This document shows, in pieces, positions 43,812 through 53,846 of a stretch of DNA of 64,000 bases; the first letter of the stretch is position 1, and each line of letters opens with the position of its first letter. This DNA is from a virus (taxonomy: Duplodnaviria; Caudoviricetes), in the IMG/VR virus record IMGVR_UViG_3300033120_000761, positions 1 to 64,000 of that record; one strand, given 5' to 3'. The notes beneath the pieces are model-generated. The model saw only the letters and a program-made list of their open reading frames with translations. It did not search any database and was not told the origin of the DNA. Position numbers and translations under genes: made by a program.

Positions 43812-43994
43812 ATGAAATTGAATCAAAAGATCGAACTTCACTTAGTTCAAAACCCGGGAACTGTTTTTTCTTATAAACAGATCGCAGAAGTTTTTCAAAC
43901 GGGTTGCAGAGCCGTTGGTTCAGCAATGAAGGCAATCGGCAAAAGAAATAGTGAAATCTGTAATCGCGTAGTATTTTCTCGCGAATTAAAATAA
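43812..43994 (+). CDS. Minimal MGMT/ATL-like alkyl-guanine-binding domain
   Basis: PGTVFSYKQIAE...RAVGSAM...N..ICNRVV parallels PxGxVxSYxxIA...RAVGxA...NxxPCHRVV. Confidence 0.6.
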   Translation: MKLNQKIELHLVQNPGTVFSYKQIAEVFQTGCRAVGSAMKAIGKRNSEICNRVVFSRELK

Positions 43995-44975
43995 TGGAGG
44001 TAAATATGTCTGAGAATTTTGAAACACCATCTGACGAAGTAGAAAATGATGAGCCACAACTACACCGTTTAAATACGGAATCTAGGGGTATTGTGATCGC
44101 ATCCCAAGATCCTGAATTAAAGCCAGCTTATGATAAGTTCATGGCAGCGAGAGAACACGCTAATACAGTAATGGCAGAAGCAGCGGAAAAAGTAAAAGTT
44201 GCAGCAAATGCTTTATCGGCTCAGGAAGATTCTTTCTGGACTGAAGTAACTGAAGTTTTAGTGAAAAGAGGCGTTGTAGCAAAAGAAACAAATCTTGAAC
44301 TTCACTCTGATGTTATCTTAAAGGCAGAGCCAGCAAGAAACCCACTAAGAGATTTTCTAAGAAATATGCACCATTAAGATACTTTAAGCCCCCTATCGAT
44401 ATAAATGGTAGGGGGGGTTCTGCCAAGCGATAATACCTGATTTCCCCATCTTCTTAAAAATACCGATAAATCCATTCTTCCAAATAAAAACCCCGGCAAA
44501 ACGGCTCTAATCGCCTCTCCATCGACCTCGGGAGCTATCCCCGAACCCGAAAAATACTATTTTGACTTTACGCGGGTCTATAATTAAGGCACACTTTAAT
44601 TACAAGTCAAGTCATAGGGGTATTTAAAATGAAAGTACGCGAGCACGTTTACGTCGAGGAAACTCTGGCGCAAGTAATGTCTAATCCGGTTGTAGCGGTA
44701 AATTTTGAGAATTTGAAAAAAGATTTCGAAGCGTGTTATGATGGATTCTTATCTCAAGAAATTACGACAATGACTGATTCTCAGATCAGCGATTTAAAAA
44801 CTGATATTTTCCTAGCCTACATCATGGGTTGTGTTCAATCGATGGATGTCAGATCCTTTTTCAGAATTGGATTTAGAGTCCCTCAAGAAGCTGTCGTAGA
44901 AAAGAAACCGGATATTTTTATGGGTGAAGAGAAGAAAATTCTCAATCCCCCTAAATTGATTCTATAGGTAATTTT

Positions 44976-45494
44976 ATGGCAAAAAAATTCAGTAGAAAAC
45001 CATCGAATAAAGAAGATGTAGAAGTTGAAGTAACTCAACCTCGGGTAAAAACTATTCCTCTTGAGCCATTAACGGGAAAGGTATTACCTCCATTAGATCC
45101 TCTTTATGAATTGACTCCTTTAGAAAGGTTCAATCAGCTTCCGACCTATACGACCAAATTAACCAATAAGCATTATTCGAATATTATTCTTCATTATCTT
45201 TTAATGAGGCCGGATAAGTTTAAGGAAATAGCTCAGAACGCATCAAAGCTTTCTATCTTAGAAGCTCAGATCGTAAAGGGATTAGCTAAATCAATCGGTA
45301 AATCAGAAGAAGCGCATGATATGGAAAAATATTATGCTGATAGAGCTTTTGGTAAATCTAAACAGGGTATTGAGCATACGGGTCCAGATGGAACTCCAAT
45401 GCAATTAATGTCTGGAAGTATTCAATCCATAATGGATGAATTTTCGCCCGAGGAAATCGCGGCCATCAGGAAGATAGCGGATGAGCAGAGCTAA
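44976..45494 (+). CDS. terS: Terminase small subunit (putative)
   Basis: Directly upstream of and overlapping terL; C-terminal DRAFGKSKQGIEHTGPDGTPMQ typical of small terminases. Confidence 0.75.
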   Translation: MAKKFSRKPSNKEDVEVEVTQPRVKTIPLEPLTGKVLPPLDPLYELTPLERFNQLPTYTTKLTNKHYSNIILHYLLMRPDKFKEIAQNASKLSILEAQIVKGLAKSIGKSEEAHDMEKYYADRAFGKSKQGIEHTGPDGTPMQLMSGSIQSIMDEFSPEEIAAIRKIADEQS

Positions 45495-47127
45495 TAAAGC
45501 AGCAGAGCTATTATCTTTTTTCAAGAATCCTACTGTAACTAAACAGCAGAAGGATTTAGAACAATCTATAAAGTTGGCTAAGACAAGTCTTCTAGAATTT
45601 ACTAAATTCACAAAACCAGAATATGAAGTAAATTGGCATCATGAACTTATTTGTTCTGAGGTTGATGATTTTCTAAAAGATCCTACTAGAAAAAGATTGA
45701 TGGTTTTCGTTGCTCCAAGAAGAGGTAAATCAGAAATTATTTCAAGACGACTTCCAGCCTATGCTTTAGGGTTGAATCCAGATCTTCAAATTATCGCAAC
45801 TTCATACGGGGCAGATTTAGCTTCTGCTATGAACAGAGATACTCAAAGAATTATCGATGCAAATGAATATAAATTAGTTTTCCCAAATACATATTTGAAC
45901 TCTAGAAACGTTAAGAATATGGCATCTGGATCTTATATCAGAACTTCAGATAAGTTTGAGGTTGTAGGTAGAAAAGGTGCTTATAGATCTGCCGGTGTTG
46001 GTGGAGCTATTACAGGGATGGGAGCCGATTTAGCGATTATCGACGACCCTATCAAAGACTGGAAAGAAGCAATGTCTCCGGTTCGTAAACAAGCCGTATA
46101 TGATTGGTACACATCAACTTTATATACTCGTCTTTCTACTGAAGGAAAAGTAATTATCGTTCTTACAAGATGGGCAGAAGATGATCTTGCAGGAAGATTA
46201 TTAAAAGAGGCAGAAGCGAATCCCGAGGCAGATCAATGGGAAGTTATTTCACTTCCAGAGATCTTTGAATCAGAGGATGCTTATACTCACCCGCTAGATC
46301 CTAGATCGGAAGGTGATTTATTATGGCCTGAAAAATATAATCAAAAAAATATCAACAGAACAAAAGCTTCAGTTGGTTCAAAAGTTTGGGCTTCTTTATT
46401 CCAACAGAAACCATCTCCAGGAGACGGAACAACATTCAAGTCTCAGTGGTTCCAATATTACAAAGAGCTTCCAGAATTTGAATACACCATGGCTTCGTGG
46501 GACTGCACATTCAATGATTCTGCTGGCTCCGATTTCGTGGCCTGTACTGTATGGGGTATTAAGGGCGTTGATAAATATCTTATCCATGTTGTGAATGAAA
46601 GATTATCTTTCACCAATACCTTAAAAGAAATTTTAAAAGTTAATATGATGTTCCCTAATCTAAGAGGAACTATTATTGAAAATAAAGCCAACGGTCCAGC
46701 GATTCTAAACGTAATCGAATCTAAGATCCCCCGAGTATTAAAATATACTCCGACAGATTCTAAGGTAGCGAGAGCCGAGGCAGTTTCTCCGGTATTTGAA
46801 GCAAAGAATATTCACCTACCAGATCCTTATTATGCAAAAAATAGAGAACGCTATTCATGGGTTCCAACTATCTTAAATTTATTTGTAGAACAATTTAAAG
46901 CATTCCCTTTTGGTAAGCATGACGATATGGTTGATAGTACAGTGCAGTTCTTATTAAAAGATTCTTCTGGCCCTAAATGGCTTCAGGATCTCGCTAATCA
47001 AGTTGATGAGACAGCGAAAGTTGATCTTGTTGTTGATGAGGCAGTTGCTGAATTAATGGGATGGGATCTGGATAGAATTGCAGCTCAGAATGATCCATCA
47101 TCTTGGCATGGTAAATTAGGATTTTAA
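45481..47127 (+). CDS. terL: Terminase large subunit
   Basis: Walker A APRRGKSE, Walker B LAIIDDP, TRW..DDL, nuclease WDCTF...SDF, IENKANG, HDDMVD. Confidence 0.95.
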   Translation: MSRANKAAELLSFFKNPTVTKQQKDLEQSIKLAKTSLLEFTKFTKPEYEVNWHHELICSEVDDFLKDPTRKRLMVFVAPRRGKSEIISRRLPAYALGLNPDLQIIATSYGADLASAMNRDTQRIIDANEYKLVFPNTYLNSRNVKNMASGSYIRTSDKFEVVGRKGAYRSAGVGGAITGMGADLAIIDDPIKDWKEAMSPVRKQAVYDWYTSTLYTRLSTEGKVIIVLTRWAEDDLAGRLLKEAEANPEADQWEVISLPEIFESEDAYTHPLDPRSEGDLLWPEKYNQKNINRTKASVGSKVWASLFQQKPSPGDGTTFKSQWFQYYKELPEFEYTMASWDCTFNDSAGSDFVACTVWGIKGVDKYLIHVVNERLSFTNTLKEILKVNMMFPNLRGTIIENKANGPAILNVIESKIPRVLKYTPTDSKVARAEAVSPVFEAKNIHLPDPYYAKNRERYSWVPTILNLFVEQFKAFPFGKHDDMVDSTVQFLLKDSSGPKWLQDLANQVDETAKVDLVVDEAVAELMGWDLDRIAAQNDPSSWHGKLGF

Positions 47128-48356
47128 TATGGAAGAATATAGAAACGGTATGCCCGTAGTAAAAAGAAAAGCGGCATTATTATTCGCTGATAATTTAGCG
47201 GCAGTAATCGATGTAACTATACCATGTGATATCGGTAATCACATGGCCCCGAGATGGCCTATGACTATTAATTTTCATGGTAAACAATTCCAGTTTCAAA
47301 GAGATAGTCATGAGCCTCAAAAAAGACCCATGTATCGCGAGGTCGTAGAGTCCCAAGAACCGCCAAAAGAAGTAACGATAGAAGATTATAAAGTAATGCA
47401 CGAGTATCATGAAAAACTAATTATGAAACTCGCCATGAGAGTCCTAGCGCAAAATCCGAATGTTGGAAGTGTTGAAAATGTAGTTTCACATTTTATGCAA
47501 ATGGTTGATGAAGATGAGTTGAATAAGTTGAATTGATTCCATATACTTTTTATAAAAAAAGGAGTTTTTATGGAAGATCTATTTTTGCAAGCGGGCGATT
47601 CTATACCTGAGAAATCAATCCCCGTTTATAAACCCTACTCACCAACTTTCGATTGCAGACTTTGTGGAAACAATTTTGAGAGAACAAAGAAAAATGAAGG
47701 TGACTTCGACATCTGTTATTGGTGCGGTCACGAGGAGGAAGGTTGAGAAACTTAAATGAGATTATCCCAAAGACTTATACTATTGAGTCAAAGCAAAATG
47801 AATTATTCAAAACGAATGATAGATCAGAAGCACTTACAAAATTTATGAATATGGGCGCATACCCTTATCCATTATTTTTAAAAGAAGATGGAAAAATTAT
47901 TCATGAAAAGTCTGGCGCAACAAATAAACCAATTACAACATTGGAACCGATTAATAGCTAAAAGGATTTATGTCTGAAGTATGTAAAACGGCCAGACATA
48001 AAAAGCAGCAACATTTCATCATAAGAATGATGGAGAGATTCGCAATTGTTTTTAAGCATAGCGACTTTCCTGATCTCATGGAATTGATTGAAAGCTACGA
48101 AGCACCACCAATTATGATCTCGGAAGAGGATGGTAAATCTTTTCATCCCGTGGTCATTCAAGGTGTGAATGTTGTTGTTTTATATGATTGGGAATTTAAT
48201 ACTCCGTTAACTGCTTTTTATCCTAACTGGTTCAGACAGCTTCCCTGTGGAAAATGGGAAAGAACTTTGAATCTGAAATCAAAAACGATCAGCTATAATA
48301 ATCGTAGGGTTGCTATAGAAAGAAAAATTAAGGGCTTCAAACATGGATATTAAAAA

Positions 48357-48938
48357 ATGACAGCTAGGAATCAATATAGTTCAGATGCACATAAAAAATT
48401 CAAAGTAAATAATTTGAAGAAATTTAAAACTCTGGGTTATAGAGCTTCGCGATTATTCGATGGATATCTAGTTAATGAGTGTGGTGAAGTTGTTTCGATT
48501 CATACGGGTAAAGTAAAAAAGCAACAAACAGATCCCAAGGGATATAAGAGAGTTCAACTACTAATTAATAAAGAGCAATTCTCCGTTCTAGTCCACCGCA
48601 TGGTTGGTATTGCGTTTTTAGGTGAGCCGCCGGATGATAAAAATACGATCAATCATAAGGACGGTAATAAAGCTAATAATCACTATTCTAATCTTGAGTG
48701 GTGCTCATATAAGGAAAACGAGCATCATAAAATTCATGTTTTAAAAACTGGATCTCAAGGTGAAAATAATGGGACGGCTAAGATCACAAGGTCAATCGCA
48801 GAAGAAATAAGAAAAGTTCTATTGCCATTGAAGATAAGAACCAGAAAAAGAAATCTGGCCCAACAAGAATTAATGGAAAAATACGACTTACAACAACCAC
48901 ATATTTGGCTAATACTAAATAATAAACTTTGGAAGTAA
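48357..48938 (+). CDS. HNH homing-endonuclease-like protein
   Basis: VHRMVGIAF and INHKDGNKANNHYSNLEWCSYKENEHH. Confidence 0.9.
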   Translation: MTARNQYSSDAHKKFKVNNLKKFKTLGYRASRLFDGYLVNECGEVVSIHTGKVKKQQTDPKGYKRVQLLINKEQFSVLVHRMVGIAFLGEPPDDKNTINHKDGNKANNHYSNLEWCSYKENEHHKIHVLKTGSQGENNGTAKITRSIAEEIRKVLLPLKIRTRKRNLAQQELMEKYDLQQPHIWLILNNKLWK

Positions 48939-48939
48939 T

Positions 48940-49620
48940 ATGGATATTAAAAAGATCCGAAAAAGTAGCTACAATCCTAGGGTAATGTCTCGTGATGCAA
49001 GAGTTGCTCTGAGAAAATCTCTAGAATCTTTTAATGATATTTCAGGTATAGTTGTAAACACTACAACCGGAAACTTAGTTTCTGGAAATCATAGATGGGA
49101 TGAACTTTGCCAGATCCACGATGAGAAAAACTTATCTCTTAGAGAAGTAGCACCAGATATTTTCTCAATCGATGCTAAGAAAAAAGCCACGGGGTTTATT
49201 CTTAGAACAGTTAAGTGGCCGTTGAGTAAAGAAAAGGCGGCAAACATTGCTGCAAATTCTGATCTTCTAATGGGAGAGTTCACATCTGGATTGCAAGGTA
49301 TCTTAGATGAATTATTCGATGATAATGAATTAGATATAAATTTAGAAGATTTAAGATTCGAAGAATTATCAATCGATACTTCAGCACTAGACGATGATCT
49401 AGATTTAGATGATGAATCGGTAAGAGAAAAAATTCAAACAGACTCAGAAGCAAAAATAAGAAAATTAAAAGAAGCTACGACAGAACCTCCTGGGGAAGTT
49501 AAGGTAGTTGTTGATTCATTCAAAATTATTTGTCCTGGAGAAATCTGTGATGAAGTAAAAGAGGATATTAAAAAATATGTCTCTAAGAAATATTACAAAG
49601 ACGATATTAAAATAGTATGA
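48940..49620 (+). CDS. ParB/Srx-like N-terminal-domain protein
   Basis: YNPR, GIVVNTTTGNLVSGNHRW; paralog of 50359-51069. Confidence 0.8.
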   Translation: MDIKKIRKSSYNPRVMSRDARVALRKSLESFNDISGIVVNTTTGNLVSGNHRWDELCQIHDEKNLSLREVAPDIFSIDAKKKATGFILRTVKWPLSKEKAANIAANSDLLMGEFTSGLQGILDELFDDNELDINLEDLRFEELSIDTSALDDDLDLDDESVREKIQTDSEAKIRKLKEATTEPPGEVKVVVDSFKIICPGEICDEVKEDIKKYVSKKYYKDDIKIV

Positions 49621-50312
49621 GTTCATCATTTATAAAAACGGCATTAGTTTCTTATCTCCGCTTTGCTAAAGGGGCTAAACAAGTTGCGACCGAGGCAGGG
49701 GAATTTTCTAGTGATGTGTTGGCGATAAAGAAAAAAGAACTTTATGAATTTGAAGTGAAGGTATCTAAGGCGGATTTAAAAGCAGATTTTAAAAAACCTA
49801 AACATAGAAAATACCAAACCAAATATCTAACTACAACTCAAGCAAAACACGTTCCAAATTATTTCTATTTCGCAGTTCCACCTGAGCTTGCAGAGTTCGC
49901 TCTTCAACAAAATCTAACTACGCCGTATGGTGTGGCCGTTGTTCATGTGGGGCAGTTTTGGAAACGCAGAAGACAGTGGTTCTACTACGGATCTCACCGA
50001 GATGAGCTGCTACAGCGTATAACCGATAATCCGGATAAATTAAAGTTGATCGAAATAGAAAATAATTTATCTTCCGTGAGATATGTTCAGCAGAGATCTT
50101 GTCACATCACTTATGAATCATGGGAAGATCCGGCAATGGAAGAGCGAGTTAGAATTATTAAAAGAGCAAAGAAGCTTCATAATTTTGAACCACACGAAGC
50201 AACCAATCATCAATTAAATGCTAGGGCATCAAGTGAACTTGCTAACTTAAGAGTTAAATATCACTGGGCAAAAGAAAAGCTGGAAAAGCTTGGGATTAAG
50301 ATTGAAAAATAA
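49617..50312 (+). CDS. MmcB-like PD-(D/E)XK nuclease-fold protein
   Basis: SDVLAI...EFEVKVSKADLKADF, PNYFYFAVP, YGV. Confidence 0.65.
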   Translation: MSSSFIKTALVSYLRFAKGAKQVATEAGEFSSDVLAIKKKELYEFEVKVSKADLKADFKKPKHRKYQTKYLTTTQAKHVPNYFYFAVPPELAEFALQQNLTTPYGVAVVHVGQFWKRRRQWFYYGSHRDELLQRITDNPDKLKLIEIENNLSSVRYVQQRSCHITYESWEDPAMEERVRIIKRAKKLHNFEPHEATNHQLNARASSELANLRVKYHWAKEKLEKLGIKIEK

Positions 50313-50358
50313 CAGACTCTAAACTAGTATTTTAAGTACAATCAATCAAGGAAAGTCT

Positions 50359-51069
50359 ATGTCAGCTAAGAAAAAAGCGACCTCAAATAAAAAGGTCCCT
50401 GCAAAGAAAGTTGTTATGCGCAGACGAGTTGATCCTACTCCTGACGCTCTAATTCCAGCTTCATATAATCCACGCGAGTTCGATGAATCAAATAAGAGAG
50501 CATTGAAGTCTTCAATGACTAAGTTTGCTGATATCTCAGGTATCACTTGGAATCGCCTATCTGGAAATATCGTTACCGGCCACCACAGATGGGAACAGCT
50601 CTGTGAGATGTATGGGAAAGATACTCTTACTTTTAAAGAAGTTTCAAAAGATCTCTACAATATTCTAACTGATGGTGAAGATACCTCATTCACTATGAGA
50701 GCCGTTGAGTGGTCTGAATTAGATGAAAAGGCAGCAAACGTTGCGGCTAACTCTCAATCTCTAATGGGTCGATTTACAGCTGATGTAGATTCTCTCTTAG
50801 AAGAAATTAAAGATGGTATGGATGAATTAGATTTCGCCGATCTTAGATTCGATGATCTTATGGATATCGAAGATGATGCTGAGGAAGACGCTGACGATGG
50901 TGTTTGGCATTCTGATATTGAAAAACTAGAGAAGACTGAAACTAACTTGAATGGGATCATCACAACGATTAAAGTTGATTGTCCTCAAGAATTAAGATCT
51001 GAAATCTTTGCTCTAATCAGCAAGGCAATCGGCGATTCTAAGTATTCTGATAAGGCAAAAATTAAATGA
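50359..51069 (+). CDS. ParB/Srx-like N-terminal-domain protein
   Basis: YNPR, GITWNRLSGNIVTGHHRW. Confidence 0.8.
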   Translation: MSAKKKATSNKKVPAKKVVMRRRVDPTPDALIPASYNPREFDESNKRALKSSMTKFADISGITWNRLSGNIVTGHHRWEQLCEMYGKDTLTFKEVSKDLYNILTDGEDTSFTMRAVEWSELDEKAANVAANSQSLMGRFTADVDSLLEEIKDGMDELDFADLRFDDLMDIEDDAEEDADDGVWHSDIEKLEKTETNLNGIITTIKVDCPQELRSEIFALISKAIGDSKYSDKAKIK

Positions 51070-51923
51070 AAGAAGAAGCAAAACTCAGAATATTAATCGC
51101 CTGGCCTTACATGAGTAAAGATGTAATTGAGTTTCTAAAAGAGAATCAAAAGAACATTACTTTCTTATTAGACTCGGGAGCATTCACTGCATGGAAAGCT
51201 GGTAAGGAATTAAAGGTTGAAGATTATATCGCCTTTATTAAATCCCTTCCTTTTAAGCCTTGGAGATATTTCAATCTAGATAAGATTGGAGATCCTGAAG
51301 GCTCTCATGAGAATTATGTAAAGATGCTGAAGGCAGGATTAAAACCGCTTCCAGTATTTACTCGTGGTGAATCACCAGAAATGTTAGAAGAATATTATAA
51401 GACTTCTGATGTAGTTGGGATCGGTGGATTAGTTGGTACTCAAGGGAATAAGGCTTTCGTTAAAGGGATCATGGAGCACGTTGGTGATAGAAAAGTTCAC
51501 TGGCTTGGATTCAACTCTAAAGAACATCTTGCTCATTATAAACCTTATATGTGTGATTCAAGTTCATGGGCCGCGGCGGTTAGATTCGCATCGGTTAAGT
51601 TATATGATAAGAACGGAAAATGGTATCAGGTAGGGAAGCAAGACTTCGCAACCAAACCACCAGAACATATTTTAAAACTCATTAAGTCTTATGGGATCGA
51701 CCCTAAGAGACTCGCTCAAGCTGATCAATGGAAAAATTCTGGTAGAGGCGATTACGCCCTAGAACTTTTAACTTGCAGATCGTGGGCAAAATACCAGATC
51801 GATATCATGGATAAGCTTGGAGTCAATTTCTTCCTGGCCTGTGCCTCAAAATGGCAGGTTAGATTGATGCTGGAATCCTGGGCTTATTGGAATGAAGTTA
51901 ATAAAAAGAAGAAACTCAAATAG
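51066..51923 (+). CDS. dpdA: DpdA-like 7-deazaguanine DNA transglycosylase (TGT fold)
   Basis: LLDSGAF (TGT DSGG-equivalent), LD.IGD, GIGG, HWLG, DSSSW; adjacent to ParB-like genes and queC. Confidence 0.75.
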   Translation: MKEEAKLRILIAWPYMSKDVIEFLKENQKNITFLLDSGAFTAWKAGKELKVEDYIAFIKSLPFKPWRYFNLDKIGDPEGSHENYVKMLKAGLKPLPVFTRGESPEMLEEYYKTSDVVGIGGLVGTQGNKAFVKGIMEHVGDRKVHWLGFNSKEHLAHYKPYMCDSSSWAAAVRFASVKLYDKNGKWYQVGKQDFATKPPEHILKLIKSYGIDPKRLAQADQWKNSGRGDYALELLTCRSWAKYQIDIMDKLGVNFFLACASKWQVRLMLESWAYWNEVNKKKKLK

Positions 51924-51932
51924 GAGGGGTTT

Positions 51933-52676
51933 ATGAGAAATGGTAAGGTAGTACTTATCTACTCTGGCGGGATGGATTCAACGGTAGCTCTTTATAAATT
52001 ATGTGCTGATTATGGCGCAAGTAATGTAAAGGCGATCTCATTCGATTATCAATCAAAACATAATGATGAGGAATTCAAGCGTGCGGCTGAAACGACTAAA
52101 TTCTTAGGTGTAGAGCATGCAAGAATTGATATTTCAAGTGTGGCGGCTCATCTCAAGTCAGATCTTCTTAAATCAGGTGGTGAAATACCTGAGGGGCATT
52201 ACGCCGAATCTAATATGAAGAAAACGGTGGTTCCATTTAGAAACGGGATCATGTTAGCTATCGCCGCAGGGATTGCAGAATCATTTGGAGCGGGGGAGAT
52301 CGCCATTGGAAATCATAGTGGAGATCACGCCATTTACAAAGATTGCCGCTCTACCTTTATCTCGGCGATGAATGAGGCAACCGCATACGGAACTGATCTA
52401 AATGTAAATATCATTTCACCTTTTCAACATATGACCAAAGCTCAAATTGCTCTTCTAGGATCTAGATTAGCGGTAGATTGGAATAAAACATATAGTTGCT
52501 ATGTTGGGGGGTCAGAACATTGTTCAAAATGTGGAACTTGTATCGAACGTAGAGCCGCCTTCATTGAAGCCGGTGTAGATGATCCTACCGTTTATACTGA
52601 CGGAAGAACATCGGAGGAATTCTATTCTGATTTTCAAAAACTCGAAGCAGAATTGAAAGAATCGGGTGAAATTTAA
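51933..52676 (+). CDS. queC: 7-cyano-7-deazaguanine synthase QueC
   Basis: YSGGMDS PP-loop, VVPFRNGIML, DH..Y.DCR, TYSCY...HCSKCGTC. Confidence 0.96.
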   Translation: MRNGKVVLIYSGGMDSTVALYKLCADYGASNVKAISFDYQSKHNDEEFKRAAETTKFLGVEHARIDISSVAAHLKSDLLKSGGEIPEGHYAESNMKKTVVPFRNGIMLAIAAGIAESFGAGEIAIGNHSGDHAIYKDCRSTFISAMNEATAYGTDLNVNIISPFQHMTKAQIALLGSRLAVDWNKTYSCYVGGSEHCSKCGTCIERRAAFIEAGVDDPTVYTDGRTSEEFYSDFQKLEAELKESGEI

Positions 52677-52899
52677 TTTTTTAAATTATATCAGATGGCA
52701 TGGAAATCTGTGCCATCCGCGGTTTAGAATTTAAGAGTCTTGGGTATAACCCTTTGTTATGAGTACCATAAGGGAACCTACGGCTATGATTAATATTCCT
52801 TCACTTATGTTAAAATTAAATAATTGCTAGTTTGATGTACGGTGCCTCCTTCCTGATTCGGGACTATAAAAGAGATAGCGAATAAAAAAGGAGGCCCTT

Positions 52900-53202
52900 A
52901 TGTCTAGTCCTAAGAAGATCGTATTCACTAAATCTGAATCTTACGCTAAGTTCTTTAGAGATTATCTAGCTTGGTGTAAGGTGAAAAAGGTCAACCCATT
53001 AACGAAAGATCCCAAGTCTATTAAGACCTATTTAAAAGATCTCTCTAAGGGTTATCCCTCTTATGAGAAGCCTCGTAAGCCTCAAACCCTAAAGATCAAA
53101 TTAAACGCGATTAAATGGCATTATGAGCTTAATCACAAAGAAGATCTTCTAGACTTCGAGACAGAATTCGACAGTAAGTTTTTCAAAAAATTCGCTGCTT
53201 AA
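52900..53202 (+). CDS. Stand-alone tyrosine-recombinase N-terminal (SAM-like/core-binding) domain, paralog 1
   Basis: FRDYLAWC...SIKTYLKDL...PQTLKIKLNAIKWHY; no catalytic domain. Confidence 0.55.
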   Translation: MSSPKKIVFTKSESYAKFFRDYLAWCKVKKVNPLTKDPKSIKTYLKDLSKGYPSYEKPRKPQTLKIKLNAIKWHYELNHKEDLLDFETEFDSKFFKKFAA

Positions 53203-53213
53203 AAAACTAATTC

Positions 53214-53236
53214 AAGGGCTGGCAACGGCCCTTTTT
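53214..53236 (+). terminator. Intrinsic terminator
   Basis: AAGGGCT-GGCAAC-GGCCCTT followed by a T tract. Confidence 0.8.
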
Positions 53237-53430
53237 CTTTCACTTTTCTTAACTAATCAAAATCTGTTAATCAATCGAATTATTCATAAATTTAGTCCGT
53301 GAATCATATAATATCATACCTAAATGATAGTTTATTTGAGTTGAAGAACGCCTTCGATCTGATCAATAATTTCTCAAAATTCAAATATCAACACACGCAA
53401 TAACATCTGCTAACGAAGGAGCAAAAAGTT

Positions 53431-53745
53431 ATGGTTACTGTTACTGAAGTTAAAATGCACGAGACAAACAATTACTATCGTCAGGCAACGACTCTTTTTC
53501 TGAATTTTAATAAAGAAAGAAAAAAGGTACCCCTACCTAAGAATGAAGAAACGATCAAGGCGTTTTTGAGAGAATTAAAAGAAGGATATCCAAACAATAA
53601 ACCAAAGGCTCAAGGGACAGTAAAAGCAAAGCTTGTAGCAATTAGAAATCTTTATAAGCTAAATGGCGTTGAAGATGTAGATTTCGATTCTCTTTATAAA
53701 TTTGTTCCGCAATTATTCCAGACCCAAGAACAGCAAGCTTCTTAA
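53431..53745 (+). CDS. Stand-alone tyrosine-recombinase N-terminal-like domain, paralog 2
   Basis: TIKAFLRELKEGYP..KPKAQGTVKAKLVAIRNLY aligns with paralog 1 (IK.YL..L..GYP...KP..P.T.K.KL.AI...Y). Confidence 0.55.
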   Translation: MVTVTEVKMHETNNYYRQATTLFLNFNKERKKVPLPKNEETIKAFLRELKEGYPNNKPKAQGTVKAKLVAIRNLYKLNGVEDVDFDSLYKFVPQLFQTQEQQAS

Positions 53746-53751
53746 TCTTTA

Positions 53752-53788
53752 TGGGATGGTAGAGCTGATCTTTATCATCCCAGTTTTT
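53752..53788 (+). terminator. Intrinsic terminator
   Basis: 13-bp stem TGGGATGGTAGAG/CTTTATCATCCCA (with G-U pairs), followed by GTTTTT. Confidence 0.8.
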
Positions 53789-53846
53789 ATTTGTAATCAC
53801 CTATTCTGTAATCTACAATGGAGTAAACCTATTCCAGGATTATTTA

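Larger units (their letters stand above)
16684..44377 (+). other. Dense array of roughly 80 short, co-oriented, mostly hypothetical phage accessory genes
   Basis: Most ORFs are 60-220 aa and abut or overlap by 1-4 nt (ATGA/TAATG); nearly all lie on the plus strand. Confidence 0.9.

Noticed and set aside
44386-44418. CCCCCTA/TAGGGGG hairpin as pac site or G-quadruplex
   Set aside because: A single G run and no further evidence; most simply a hairpin at the end of the accessory region.
44562-44584. TTGACT...TATAAT promoter for the terminase module
   Set aside because: The spacer is only 11 nt, incompatible with a standard sigma70 promoter; the -10 box alone is insufficient evidence.
52900-53745. 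Functional integrase or prophage boundary
   Set aside because: No catalytic R-H-x-x-R-Y domain in either ORF or adjacent frames; no att-like repeat seen.
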